Notes: generated by a model from the letters alone, not told the origin. A DNA stretch of 14,506 nucleotides from PVC group bacterium (GCA_043804695.1 JAZDIV010000096.1:1-14506), one strand, 5' to 3'; shown: positions 7,397 to 14,506, counted from the stretch's first letter. Made by a program: numbers and translations.

Positions 7397-7425
7397 TAAA
7401 ATGCGGCCGGCCCGGTTTCCTTCCC
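7397..7425 (-). promoter_or_regulatory. Putative ECF sigma promoter (GGGAAGGA-N12-CGCATTTTA) for the 864-aa gene
   Basis: Minus strand reads GGGAAGGA AACCGGGCCGGC CGCATTTTA, ending ~69 nt upstream of the ATG at 7327; same spacing as the 1968-1996 copy. Confidence 0.7.
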
Positions 7426-7507
7426 ATAATTTTTTCGGATTTTATTTTCCGGCGGCGATTCCCGGATTGCCGGGAGGTGAAAAAAATGGTACCATTCGCT
7501 GATTTTT

Positions 7508-7536
7508 GGAAGGATTACCCCCTATCCCGCATTGTA
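7508..7536 (+). promoter_or_regulatory. Putative autoregulatory ECF promoter (GGAAGGA-N13-CGCATTGTA) giving a leaderless sigma mRNA
   Basis: GGAAGGA 7508-7514, 13-nt spacer, CGCATTGTA 7528-7536, then GAGA and the ATG at 7541. No Shine-Dalgarno sequence visible. Confidence 0.7.
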
Positions 7537-7540
7537 GAGA

Positions 7541-8161
7541 ATGAACCAAGAAGCCCTAACTGTATCTGATAGTGTCCTGGTCGCCCGGTTCCAGTTCGAC
7601 GGGGAGACGGAGGCGTTCAACATCCTCCACCGGCGTTACCGGACGCGAATACTGAACTATCTCTATCGCTATCTCAGGAATTATCACCGGGCTGAAGAGC
7701 TGACGCAGGAGACCTTTATCAGGGTCTACCGCAACCTGCCGGGGTTCAAAATGACCGGTAAGGTGTCAAGCTGGATCTACACGATCGCCACCAACCTGGC
7801 CCGGATGGAAGTGAGAAAAAAGAAGTTAGGGGAGGTATCATCCTCCGGTCTATTTACCAAAGAAGGGGAGGAGATAAATCTGCTGGACAGTATCCCTAAC
7901 CATACAAAGCGGCCCGACCGGGTCGCGCAGGCGCGGGAGATTGAAATGAGGGTGCAGAAAACGATCGCGGCGATGCCCGAGAAGTATCGGGAAGTTTTTA
8001 TTCTCTGCGCGATCCAGGGGCTTTCTCATGAAGAGGCCGCCACGACTCTTCACCTGAGGATGGGCACGGCCTGGTCCCGGCTTCACCGGGCGCGGAAGAT
8101 TTTCGCCCGGGAATTGGGGATCAATCCCGAGAAACCTCTCGGGGCGGAACTGACATGGTGA
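7541..8161 (+). CDS. RNA polymerase sigma-70 factor, ECF subfamily
   Basis: 206 aa. Region 2: EAFNILHRRY...RAEELTQETFIRVY...SSWIYTIATNLA. Region 4.2 HTH: MPEKYREVFILCAIQGLSHEEAATTLHLRMGTAWSRLHRAR. Stop overlaps the start of the downstream anti-sigma gene. Confidence 0.95.
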   Translation: MNQEALTVSDSVLVARFQFDGETEAFNILHRRYRTRILNYLYRYLRNYHRAEELTQETFIRVYRNLPGFKMTGKVSSWIYTIATNLARMEVRKKKLGEVSSSGLFTKEGEEINLLDSIPNHTKRPDRVAQAREIEMRVQKTIAAMPEKYREVFILCAIQGLSHEEAATTLHLRMGTAWSRLHRARKIFARELGINPEKPLGAELTW

Positions 8162-9603
8162 CAATGAAAGACAACCTGATCCTGGAACGGTACCTGGAGG
8201 AGAAATGCTCTCCCTCCGAACGTTCCCGGGCGGAAGCCCTGCTGCGCCGCCGGCCGGATTATCGTCGTGATCTGGAAGTTCTTCGCCAGATCAACGAAGT
8301 GGTGAGCGGCCTGATGACGGTCCCGGTTTCTCCGGACTATGACCGTGAGTTCGAAGAACGGTTCCAAAGAGAGGTCCTCGACCGTCCCCGTCCGGCGCGA
8401 GAAAAACCTTCCCATCCCGCCTGGCTGGGTTACCTGATGCCGGTCACACTCACCCGGGCGGCCGCCGCGGCAACAGTCCTGCTGCTGGTGGGCATCGGGT
8501 CCTATTTCGCCTTTTTCCGTCCCGGCACTTATCCCGGACTCCTGACCGTCCGGGGGACCGCCGAGGTCTACCGGGCGGAGGAGGCGCGCTGGGTCAGAGC
8601 GGAGCCGGGCATGACGATCCGGGCGGGAGACATTCTCTCGACCGGGGCGGGAGGACAGATCGATCTTGCTCTCGAGAAGATTTACGCGCTGCGGCTCAAG
8701 GGGGATGCCCAGGTGGTGGTGCACCGCCTGGCCTCCAGCCGCCGGTCGGCCCCAACCACCTACGCGGTCAGGAGCGGCCGGATCTACGCGGTTACGTATG
8801 ACAACTTTAAAGGGAGAGTCATCACCCTGGAAACAGATCAGGCCGCCGCGGTCGTCCGGGGAACCGCCTTCTTCATCGAGGCCGACCCCGAAGGGAAAAC
8901 ACTGCTCAACGTGGAGAACGGAGAGGTCAGCTTGAAGTCTCTCTTCGAGCCCGATGATCCGAAAGCCACCATCGAGGTCAAGAGCGGTTACGGGACGGTT
9001 GTTATCCCGGGCGGGTTCCCCGCCGCGCCGCGGGCGCTGACCGCCGCCGAGAAGAAGGAGCTTACAACTGAAATCTCGGAAATCGGCCGGGCGGTCTGGG
9101 AGACTTCTCGGGAGCCGAGAGAGCGTTTTAAAAACGATCTTCTGGCGCTGCTTCTCTCCGATACCCCCGATCGGGTGGTCGAACTGTTGAAACCCTGCGG
9201 ACTTTATGTGAGCAAACATGCGCCTTTGGAAGTATATAATCTTTTAAAGGAGGCGGGCGAAGCGGCCCGGCTGGGCGATTTCGAAAAGAGCGTCGAACTT
9301 CTCGGCGATGTCCTGGTTAAGTACCCCGACCCCAGGACGGACCCGGTCCTGAAGCTTTTGTTGGGCGCCCAGTACTACGCGCTCCTCTCGGAGCCGGCGA
9401 AAGCGATAGAGATATTTAAAGAGGTTGTGCGGGGTGACGACCCGGAATGGAGCAGCCTGGCCCGGGCGGCGATCGGGGAGATCCATGGCGAGCTCTCGCG
9501 GCAAAGCTACCGCGAGGTATTGAAGAGTTATCGAGACAGCCTGGAGGCGGAAAAAGCCAGGCAGGTGTTAAAAACGCCGTCAGTTAAAGACCCGAAGGAA
9601 TGA
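8155..9603 (+). CDS. Membrane-anchored anti-sigma factor: ZAS-like N-terminus, one TM helix, FecR domain, C-terminal TPR
   Basis: 482 aa (alternative ATG at 8164), coupled to the sigma gene by ATGGTGA. N-terminus LERYLEEKCSPSERSRAEALL..PDYRRDLEVLR; TM AAAAATVLLLVGIGSYFAFF; FecR motifs GDILSTGAGG, LETDQAAAVVRGTAF, LNVENGEVSL; TPR-like helices GDFEKSVELLGDVLVKYPD, AKAIEIFKEVV, YREVLKSYRDSLEAEKA. Confidence 0.88.
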   Translation: MVTMKDNLILERYLEEKCSPSERSRAEALLRRRPDYRRDLEVLRQINEVVSGLMTVPVSPDYDREFEERFQREVLDRPRPAREKPSHPAWLGYLMPVTLTRAAAAATVLLLVGIGSYFAFFRPGTYPGLLTVRGTAEVYRAEEARWVRAEPGMTIRAGDILSTGAGGQIDLALEKIYALRLKGDAQVVVHRLASSRRSAPTTYAVRSGRIYAVTYDNFKGRVITLETDQAAAVVRGTAFFIEADPEGKTLLNVENGEVSLKSLFEPDDPKATIEVKSGYGTVVIPGGFPAAPRALTAAEKKELTTEISEIGRAVWETSREPRERFKNDLLALLLSDTPDRVVELLKPCGLYVSKHAPLEVYNLLKEAGEAARLGDFEKSVELLGDVLVKYPDPRTDPVLKLLLGAQYYALLSEPAKAIEIFKEVVRGDDPEWSSLARAAIGEIHGELSRQSYREVLKSYRDSLEAEKARQVLKTPSVKDPKE

Positions 9604-9633
9604 TCTTCCCGGCGAGTCGAGTTAGCCGGTTCC

Positions 9634-9662
9634 TTGCCGGGAGTAAAAATATATGGTATAAT
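9634..9662 (+). promoter_or_regulatory. Housekeeping sigma70-type promoter (TTGCCG-17 bp-TATAAT, extended -10 TG)
   Basis: TTGCCG 9634-9639, 17-nt spacer, TGgTATAAT with perfect TATAAT at 9657-9662, ~95 nt upstream of the ATG at 9757. Confidence 0.7.
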
Positions 9663-9756
9663 ACAATGAAATTGTGTATACAATACAAAAACGGTTCGAT
9701 AGTCGGGATGCCGGATCTTCGCGCAGGTACGTCCGGAACGCCCGAAAGCGGAATTT

Positions 9757-12114
9757 ATGGCAAAAACATTGATCCAGCGCTGGATCGGCGTGGCGTTATG
9801 CTGCCTGCCGTGTTTCGCGGTAAACACGGCCCGGGCCGGCCGCGGTACGTCCGCCAATCACCCCCCGGATGTGGAATGCCGCTCGGACATAAAGACGTTT
9901 GAAATCGAAGTGGGGGATCTCCTCGAGTTCAAGGTCAAAGCCTCGGATCCCGACGGGGACAAGCTTGAATTTTCAACGAATTATTTCCCTCCCGGAGCTT
10001 CCTTTGACCCACGGGAAATGGCTTTCAAATGGTGTCCGGAAAAGAGCCAGCAGGGGAAGTACCTCTGGATGGGGATCCATGCCACGGACGAAAAGGACGC
10101 GGTTTCCCGTCTCTGTTTCAATGTTTCAGTCAACCCGGCCCGGGCCTCGTCCCGGCGGACGGATAATAATAGTGTAACAAAAGCTGCTGACGGCAACCGC
10201 CCCCCGGTTCTGGAGCTTCAGAAGGATCCGCCCCGGCGTCAGCCTGAACCCGTTACCGTCGATGATGATCCCCCGCCCCCGTCGAGGGAGGATCCGGATT
10301 CCTCGTCTAATCCGCTCCCTCCGCCGCCCATCGAGAGCACTCGCTACCCTGTTCAGCCTCCGGCGGCCTATGAAACAACCGGGGCGCCGTCTACCGCCGG
10401 TGGAGACTCCGCTGGAAGCACTGAAGATGCGGTCGAAGAAACGTCATCCGATTCGACCTCGTCATCTACTGCCACCAGCAACAGCGGAGCGTACTATTAT
10501 GTCGCGCCCACCCCCGTGCCGGCTGCCGTCACGGCAGCCACACCCGAGCCGGCAGCCGTCGTTCCGACACCGGCGTCCGGATCGGCCACCGCCACTCCCG
10601 GTCCGGCGGCGACGCCGGCGCCCACCGCCGCCTCGGCCCCTTCTCCGGCGCCGACATTGGCTCCCACGGCTGCCCCGGTTCCGACGGCGGCCGCGACCGC
10701 TACGCCGGTTCCCTCTCCATCCACCTCCACTTCTCCGACTCCCGGTCCGCCTGATCTGAGCTTGGAGTACTCGACCTATTTCGGCGGGAGCAGCGACGAT
10801 TACGGCTTGAGCATCGCTGTTGATTCCCTCGGATCGTTCTACATGGCCGGCTATACCGCCTCGCCCGATTTTCCGGACGGCGCCGACGCATACCAGGGGA
10901 TCTATGGCGGGGGCGTGTCTGACGTCTTCATCACCAGGTTCAACTCTTTTGGCGCCGTGGAATACTCGACCTTCCTGGGGGGGAGTGGCGAGGAGGTATG
11001 CTGGGGACTGGCAGTTGACGAGGAATGTTGCGCTTACCTGACCGGCCACACCCACTCACAGGATTTTCCCACCCTGAACTCCTACCAGGCGAGCAATACG
11101 GATATCTGGGAGGAGGTTTTTGTCGCCAAGCTTAACTCCGCCGGCTCAGCGCTTATCTATTCGACCTACCTGGGCGGGACCGGGTTCGACATGGGCCGGG
11201 GGATCGCCGTGGGGCCGACCCGGGAAGCGATCGTGGCGGGCTGGACCGACGCTCCCAATTTCCCGACCTCCAATCCCTACCAGGCGGTCTGCGCCGGGTC
11301 GGACGACGCCTTCATTGCCAGGTTCACATCTTCAGGCAGAACCCTGGTTTTCTCAACTTATCTGGGGGGCTCCCAGTCGGATGAAGTATTCGGGATGGCC
11401 CTCGATTCGGGCGGAGACGTTTACGTTGCCGGAGCCACCTACTCCGTGGATTTTCCCCTTGTAAACCCGTACCAGGCTGCTTCCGGGGGCAACCCGGACG
11501 GCTTCTTCTTTAAACTGAGCTCCTCCGGTAGAGCGCTCTTGTATTCATCCTATCTGGGCGGTACAGCCGAGGACGGCGTCGATGCGATCGCCGTTGATGG
11601 AGAATTGCGCGCTTACCTGACCGGGTTTACAAACTCAGCCGACTTCCCCCTCCGGGATCCCTATCAGTCCACCATCTCCAGCCCTGTCTTTCAGGATGGT
11701 TTTGTTACCAGGATCGATTCGACCGGATCAACCCTGAGCTACTCTACCTATCTGGGAGGGGAAGAAGACGAACGGCTCTGCGGTATCGCGGCTGATTCGG
11801 CCGGATGCGCCTATGTCGTGGGGATAACCGGGGCCGATGATTTCCCGGTCCTCTATCCCTATCAGTCAACCCGGAACGGGGGAAGTGACGCCTTTATCAC
11901 CAAGTTGAACTCATCGGGCGCCGGCCTGATATACTCGTCTTATCTGGGCGGAAGCGGAAATGACGTCGGCGCGGCTGTGGCTCTTGATTCTTCTCAACGA
12001 GCCTATCTTACCGGTTGGACCGATTCTTCCAACTTCCCGACCATGAATCCCCGGTGGTCGTCATTAGCCGGGGGTGACGACGCCATCGCCGTTCAGCTGC
12101 TCTGGGACCCCTGA
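9757..12114 (+). CDS. Secreted SBBP-repeat (seven-bladed beta-propeller) surface protein with an N-terminal putative Ig/cadherin-like domain and a Pro/Thr/Ser/Ala-rich linker
   Basis: 785 aa; signal peptide ending ARA; Ig-like unit NHPP...VKASDPDGDKLEFS...PPGASFDP...FKWCP; long low-complexity linker; seven repeats of YSTYLGGSxxD...IAVD...AYLTGxTxSxDFP..NPYQ...DAF(I/V)xK. Confidence 0.9.
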   Translation: MAKTLIQRWIGVALCCLPCFAVNTARAGRGTSANHPPDVECRSDIKTFEIEVGDLLEFKVKASDPDGDKLEFSTNYFPPGASFDPREMAFKWCPEKSQQGKYLWMGIHATDEKDAVSRLCFNVSVNPARASSRRTDNNSVTKAADGNRPPVLELQKDPPRRQPEPVTVDDDPPPPSREDPDSSSNPLPPPPIESTRYPVQPPAAYETTGAPSTAGGDSAGSTEDAVEETSSDSTSSSTATSNSGAYYYVAPTPVPAAVTAATPEPAAVVPTPASGSATATPGPAATPAPTAASAPSPAPTLAPTAAPVPTAAATATPVPSPSTSTSPTPGPPDLSLEYSTYFGGSSDDYGLSIAVDSLGSFYMAGYTASPDFPDGADAYQGIYGGGVSDVFITRFNSFGAVEYSTFLGGSGEEVCWGLAVDEECCAYLTGHTHSQDFPTLNSYQASNTDIWEEVFVAKLNSAGSALIYSTYLGGTGFDMGRGIAVGPTREAIVAGWTDAPNFPTSNPYQAVCAGSDDAFIARFTSSGRTLVFSTYLGGSQSDEVFGMALDSGGDVYVAGATYSVDFPLVNPYQAASGGNPDGFFFKLSSSGRALLYSSYLGGTAEDGVDAIAVDGELRAYLTGFTNSADFPLRDPYQSTISSPVFQDGFVTRIDSTGSTLSYSTYLGGEEDERLCGIAADSAGCAYVVGITGADDFPVLYPYQSTRNGGSDAFITKLNSSGAGLIYSSYLGGSGNDVGAAVALDSSQRAYLTGWTDSSNFPTMNPRWSSLAGGDDAIAVQLLWDP

Positions 12115-12167
12115 GCAGCACACCTGGATAGCCATCCCGGGGTTATCACCCTTTCGCGGCCACCTGG

Positions 12168-13640
12168 TCAATTTGCGATGAGAACGGTTTGGGGCCTGTC
12201 CTGAAGCGGCACCCGTGGGATGGAGCGCCACTGTTCAGTGATGGTCAGGCCGTCGGGGAGGGAGGGGGTGAAGCCGATCGCGCGGAGGTTGACCAGAACG
12301 GTCCGGTCATTGGCGAACTCGAGGTCCAGGGTGACATCGCCCAGGACGGCGCCTTCGCTGCCGACCAGTGCGATCCGGACGGCGTGTTTGCCCAGGGGGG
12401 GGTAGAGGCGGAGGGCCTGGATGTTCTTCGGGAGGAGAAGCCAGCTTCTCAGATCGGCGTGTTCCGAGAAGAGGTTATAGAAGCTCATCGCCAGCTCACC
12501 CCATCCCCCCGCTTCCTTGCTGGCCGCCTGGAGGGCCACTTCCTTGATTACCACCCGGACGATCTGGCGGATGATCAATGCCGGGATCTGGTCGATCAGG
12601 TTCCTGATTTGCTTGGCTTCGATATCGCTGAGCATCTCGCTCGCCCCGGCTTCCACCCCGTCGATATAAACAACGGCCTTATCCAGACTGGTGGGGACGG
12701 TCCGGTAGAAAGGGAAGGCGACCGCCAGCCAGCCGCGGCTGGTCGGGATCGGGATGAAGGCCTCATCCTTGACCGGAGAGAGGCCGCATTGGAAGAAAAG
12801 GAGGAAGTCGCCGCTGGCGTTCAGGTCGAGATCCACCGCGGGCGCCCGGATGTCGTTCGCCCCCAGGGAGACGGCGTCGATCCGCGCGTAATCGAAGAAG
12901 GGTGCCTGCTCGAGAACCCGCCGGCAGTCGATCAGGGCCTCCGAGTAGCTCCCGGCAACATCGTAGTGAAGACTGGATAGGTAGGAGCCGAAGGCGGAGA
13001 GGTAAAGATTGTTCACCTTCTCGGCCAACCCCCGGGCCGGGCCGTAGGCGTTCAGGATCCGGCCCCTGATATCGGAGAGCTGCTCGTCCTCGATCTCCTG
13101 CTCCCGGGCGGCCTCGGCCGCCTCCGCGATCTCTTTCTCATGCTTCTCCAGCTCGATCTTCCGCCGCTCGTCCAGCCGACGGATCTCCACCCCGGCCCCT
13201 TCCAGGTCCCCCAGCATCAGGTAGTTCAGGGCCTTGTAGATGTGGACCAGCATCTTCTCGTAACCGGCGCCTTTGTAGGGCAGCGCTGTATCGTTAACGA
13301 GTACGGCGGCGGTCTCCGAACCAGCGTCGCGGATGCTGACCGAGGGACGGTTCTCGTAGTCCGTGATCACCTCATAGGCGGTTTCGAAATCCCGGTTGCT
13401 GCCTTCGAAATCGCCCATGCTCTGCTTGATGGTTGCCCGCTCCAGCAGGCAGAGAAGACGGTCTCGCCCGTCCTCGCAGTCATCGGGGTCGATGGCGGCC
13501 ATGGCTCCGGTATAATCCCCGAGCACGAAGTCCTGCTTCATTGCCGCCATCCGTTCGGGGTAGCTGGCGCAACCGGCCAGGGCGAGGAGGAGCAGGGGTG
13601 CGATGAATAACAGTCTTGGTATATGGATGGTCCGTGCCAT
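12168..13640 (-). CDS. COG3014-like lipoprotein (helical/TPR-like N-terminal half)
   Basis: Start revised to ATG 13640 (490 aa), giving signal peptide MARTIHIPRLLFIAPLLLLALAG|C with lipobox LAGC. Motifs YKGAGYEKMLVHIYKALNYL..GDLEGAGVEIRR, GLSPVK and ADLRSWLLLP recall COG3014 proteins (recognised from memory). Confidence 0.75.
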   Translation of the reverse strand: MARTIHIPRLLFIAPLLLLALAGCASYPERMAAMKQDFVLGDYTGAMAAIDPDDCEDGRDRLLCLLERATIKQSMGDFEGSNRDFETAYEVITDYENRPSVSIRDAGSETAAVLVNDTALPYKGAGYEKMLVHIYKALNYLMLGDLEGAGVEIRRLDERRKIELEKHEKEIAEAAEAAREQEIEDEQLSDIRGRILNAYGPARGLAEKVNNLYLSAFGSYLSSLHYDVAGSYSEALIDCRRVLEQAPFFDYARIDAVSLGANDIRAPAVDLDLNASGDFLLFFQCGLSPVKDEAFIPIPTSRGWLAVAFPFYRTVPTSLDKAVVYIDGVEAGASEMLSDIEAKQIRNLIDQIPALIIRQIVRVVIKEVALQAASKEAGGWGELAMSFYNLFSEHADLRSWLLLPKNIQALRLYPPLGKHAVRIALVGSEGAVLGDVTLDLEFANDRTVLVNLRAIGFTPSLPDGLTITEQWRSIPRVPLQDRPQTVLIAN

Positions 13641-13647
13641 AGTAAAA

Positions 13648-13684
13648 AGGTGATATCGGAGCGCAGCGCGCTCCGATATCACCT
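13648..13684 (-). terminator. Perfect 17-bp hairpin with a short U tract on the minus strand (terminator/attenuator-like)
   Basis: AGGTGATATCGGAGCGC-AGC-GCGCTCCGATATCACCT; the minus strand continues TTTT ACT ATG(13640). Confidence 0.5.
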
Positions 13685-13687
13685 CGA

Positions 13688-13728
13688 TTAATTAATGTCA
13701 TCCCGCGGAGCGGGATGACATTAATTAA
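13688..13728. repeat. Perfect 19-bp hairpin with a TGTCATCCCGC..GCGGGATGACA core, overlapping the OMP stop codon
   Basis: TTAATTAATGTCATCCCGC-GGA-GCGGGATGACATTAATTAA; includes the TAA at 13725-13727 (-). Confidence 0.8.
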
Positions 13729-14390
13729 AACCAGTAGTCAAGATGGATCGCCGCGCCGACGCTTTCCGAGTAGTTCAGTTCGAGAGTCCCGATCAGGTTA
13801 TCCACCAGCTGGATCTCGACTCCGGCGTTGACAGCCGGCTTGGTCGCGGCCAAGTCGTCATCGTCGAATTGATCATCGCCGGGCTCGAGCTTGGTATACT
13901 GGATGCCTCCTTTTACGAAGGCCCGGAAATCCTGGTTGATGTAGCCCCGGGTGACCAGCTGGCCCATGTACCGGAAATGCTTGATATCGGTCTTCTCGTC
14001 GGTGTCCTTGATCTTGACGCTGGAGTAGTCGGAGAAGTGGGCGCTTCCAAAAATCCCGAGGTCAAACGGGCCGTAGCCGGGATCCCCGCGCATCAGCCAG
14101 AATGTCCCCCCCAGACCGAAACAGCCGGTAGTCTTGTCTTGTACCAGATCGTAGGAGAGCCTCTCCCCGCCGCCGTCGATGAAGGCCTCGATCCAGCGCT
14201 CATCCCGGAACTTGATCCGGGCCCCGTAGTACATGAAGGCGATATCGTCGCCGCTGACCTCGTTCTCGATGCGGTACTCGAAGAAACCGCCCAGCGAGAA
14301 ACCGGGGACGTCCTGACTCATCCCGGGCGAGCCAGCGATCAGACCCGTCAGTGTGGCCGCGGCCAAAAAACAAATCAATTTTGTTTTCAT
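13725..14390 (-). CDS. Small outer-membrane beta-barrel protein
   Basis: 221 aa; signal peptide; about ten amphipathic strands (FSLGGFFEY, YYGARIKF, FGLGGTFWL, FRAFVKGGIQY, AVNAGVEIQL...); C-terminal beta-signal-like AIHLDYWF ending in Phe. Confidence 0.8.
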   Translation of the reverse strand: MKTKLICFLAAATLTGLIAGSPGMSQDVPGFSLGGFFEYRIENEVSGDDIAFMYYGARIKFRDERWIEAFIDGGGERLSYDLVQDKTTGCFGLGGTFWLMRGDPGYGPFDLGIFGSAHFSDYSSVKIKDTDEKTDIKHFRYMGQLVTRGYINQDFRAFVKGGIQYTKLEPGDDQFDDDDLAATKPAVNAGVEIQLVDNLIGTLELNYSESVGAAIHLDYWF

Positions 14391-14473
14391 AGCTTGGATT
14401 GCACCTGCGGTTGTCGGAATTTAAAAAATGTCGTAGCGGCAGCCTTCAGAGGCTGTCCGGTAAACCCTAAAAT

Positions 14474-14506
14474 GTCATTGCGAGCCCCGAAGGGGCGAAG
14501 CAATCT
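14474..14506. repeat. REP-like repeat of the same family as 2025-2147, in inverted orientation, running to the window end
   Basis: GTCATTGCGAGCCCCGAAGGGGCGAAGCAATCT; its reverse complement AGATTGCTTCG-CCCCTTCGGGG-CTCGCAATGAC matches both ends of the 34-bp units. Confidence 0.88.

Noticed and set aside
8083..9219. Long antisense ORFs (8083-9219 -, also 1209-1895 +, 3014-4102 +, 5663-6355 +, 12189-12980 +) and other short track ORFs
   Set aside because: They overlap well-supported genes on the opposite strand or in other frames, have no recognisable motifs, and are expected shadows in GC-rich DNA.
9600..9902. 100-aa plus-strand ORF after the anti-sigma
   Set aside because: It spans the sigma70 promoter and overlaps the SBBP gene start out of frame, with no recognisable content.
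13641..13682. ORF-track start of the lipoprotein at GTG 13682
   Set aside because: The extra 14 codons lie almost entirely within a perfect hairpin; ATG 13640 gives a normal-length lipoprotein signal peptide.
14425..14448. Fourth ECF motif upstream of the OMP gene (TGAAGGC...GACATTTT on the minus strand)
   Set aside because: Both boxes mismatch and the spacer is 9 nt rather than 12-13.

Overview
This is a GC-rich bacterial window from a diderm (it encodes a lipoprotein and an outer-membrane beta-barrel) holding a cell-envelope/secreted-protein cluster. Left arm, minus strand: three large Sec-exported proteins. (1) A 7-bladed beta-propeller plus Ig-like protein of at least 634 aa (1904 to <1), missing from the ORF track because it runs off the window edge. 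(2) A gingipain-type C25 cysteine peptidase with Ig-like domains. (3) An 864-aa beta-propeller protein with an Ig-like domain inserted inside a blade. Divergent from these are an ECF sigma factor and a membrane anti-sigma (zinc-less ZAS-like domain, TM helix, FecR domain, TPR), then an Ig + Pro/Thr-linker + SBBP-propeller protein behind a textbook sigma70 promoter. A COG3014-like lipoprotein and a small beta-barrel OMP converge from the right. The most notable signal is a bipartite motif, GGAAGGA-N12/13-CGCATT(G/T)TA, found in the correct orientation upstream of the sigma gene itself (apparently leaderless) and of both left-arm propeller genes. This suggests a local ECF regulon with no TonB-dependent receptor in the window. 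Intergenic gaps carry REP-like CGTC/TGTC-tagged repeats, TAACC...GGTTA palindromes and a pair of back-to-back perfect hairpins. All family calls come from motif recognition by eye, not database searches.
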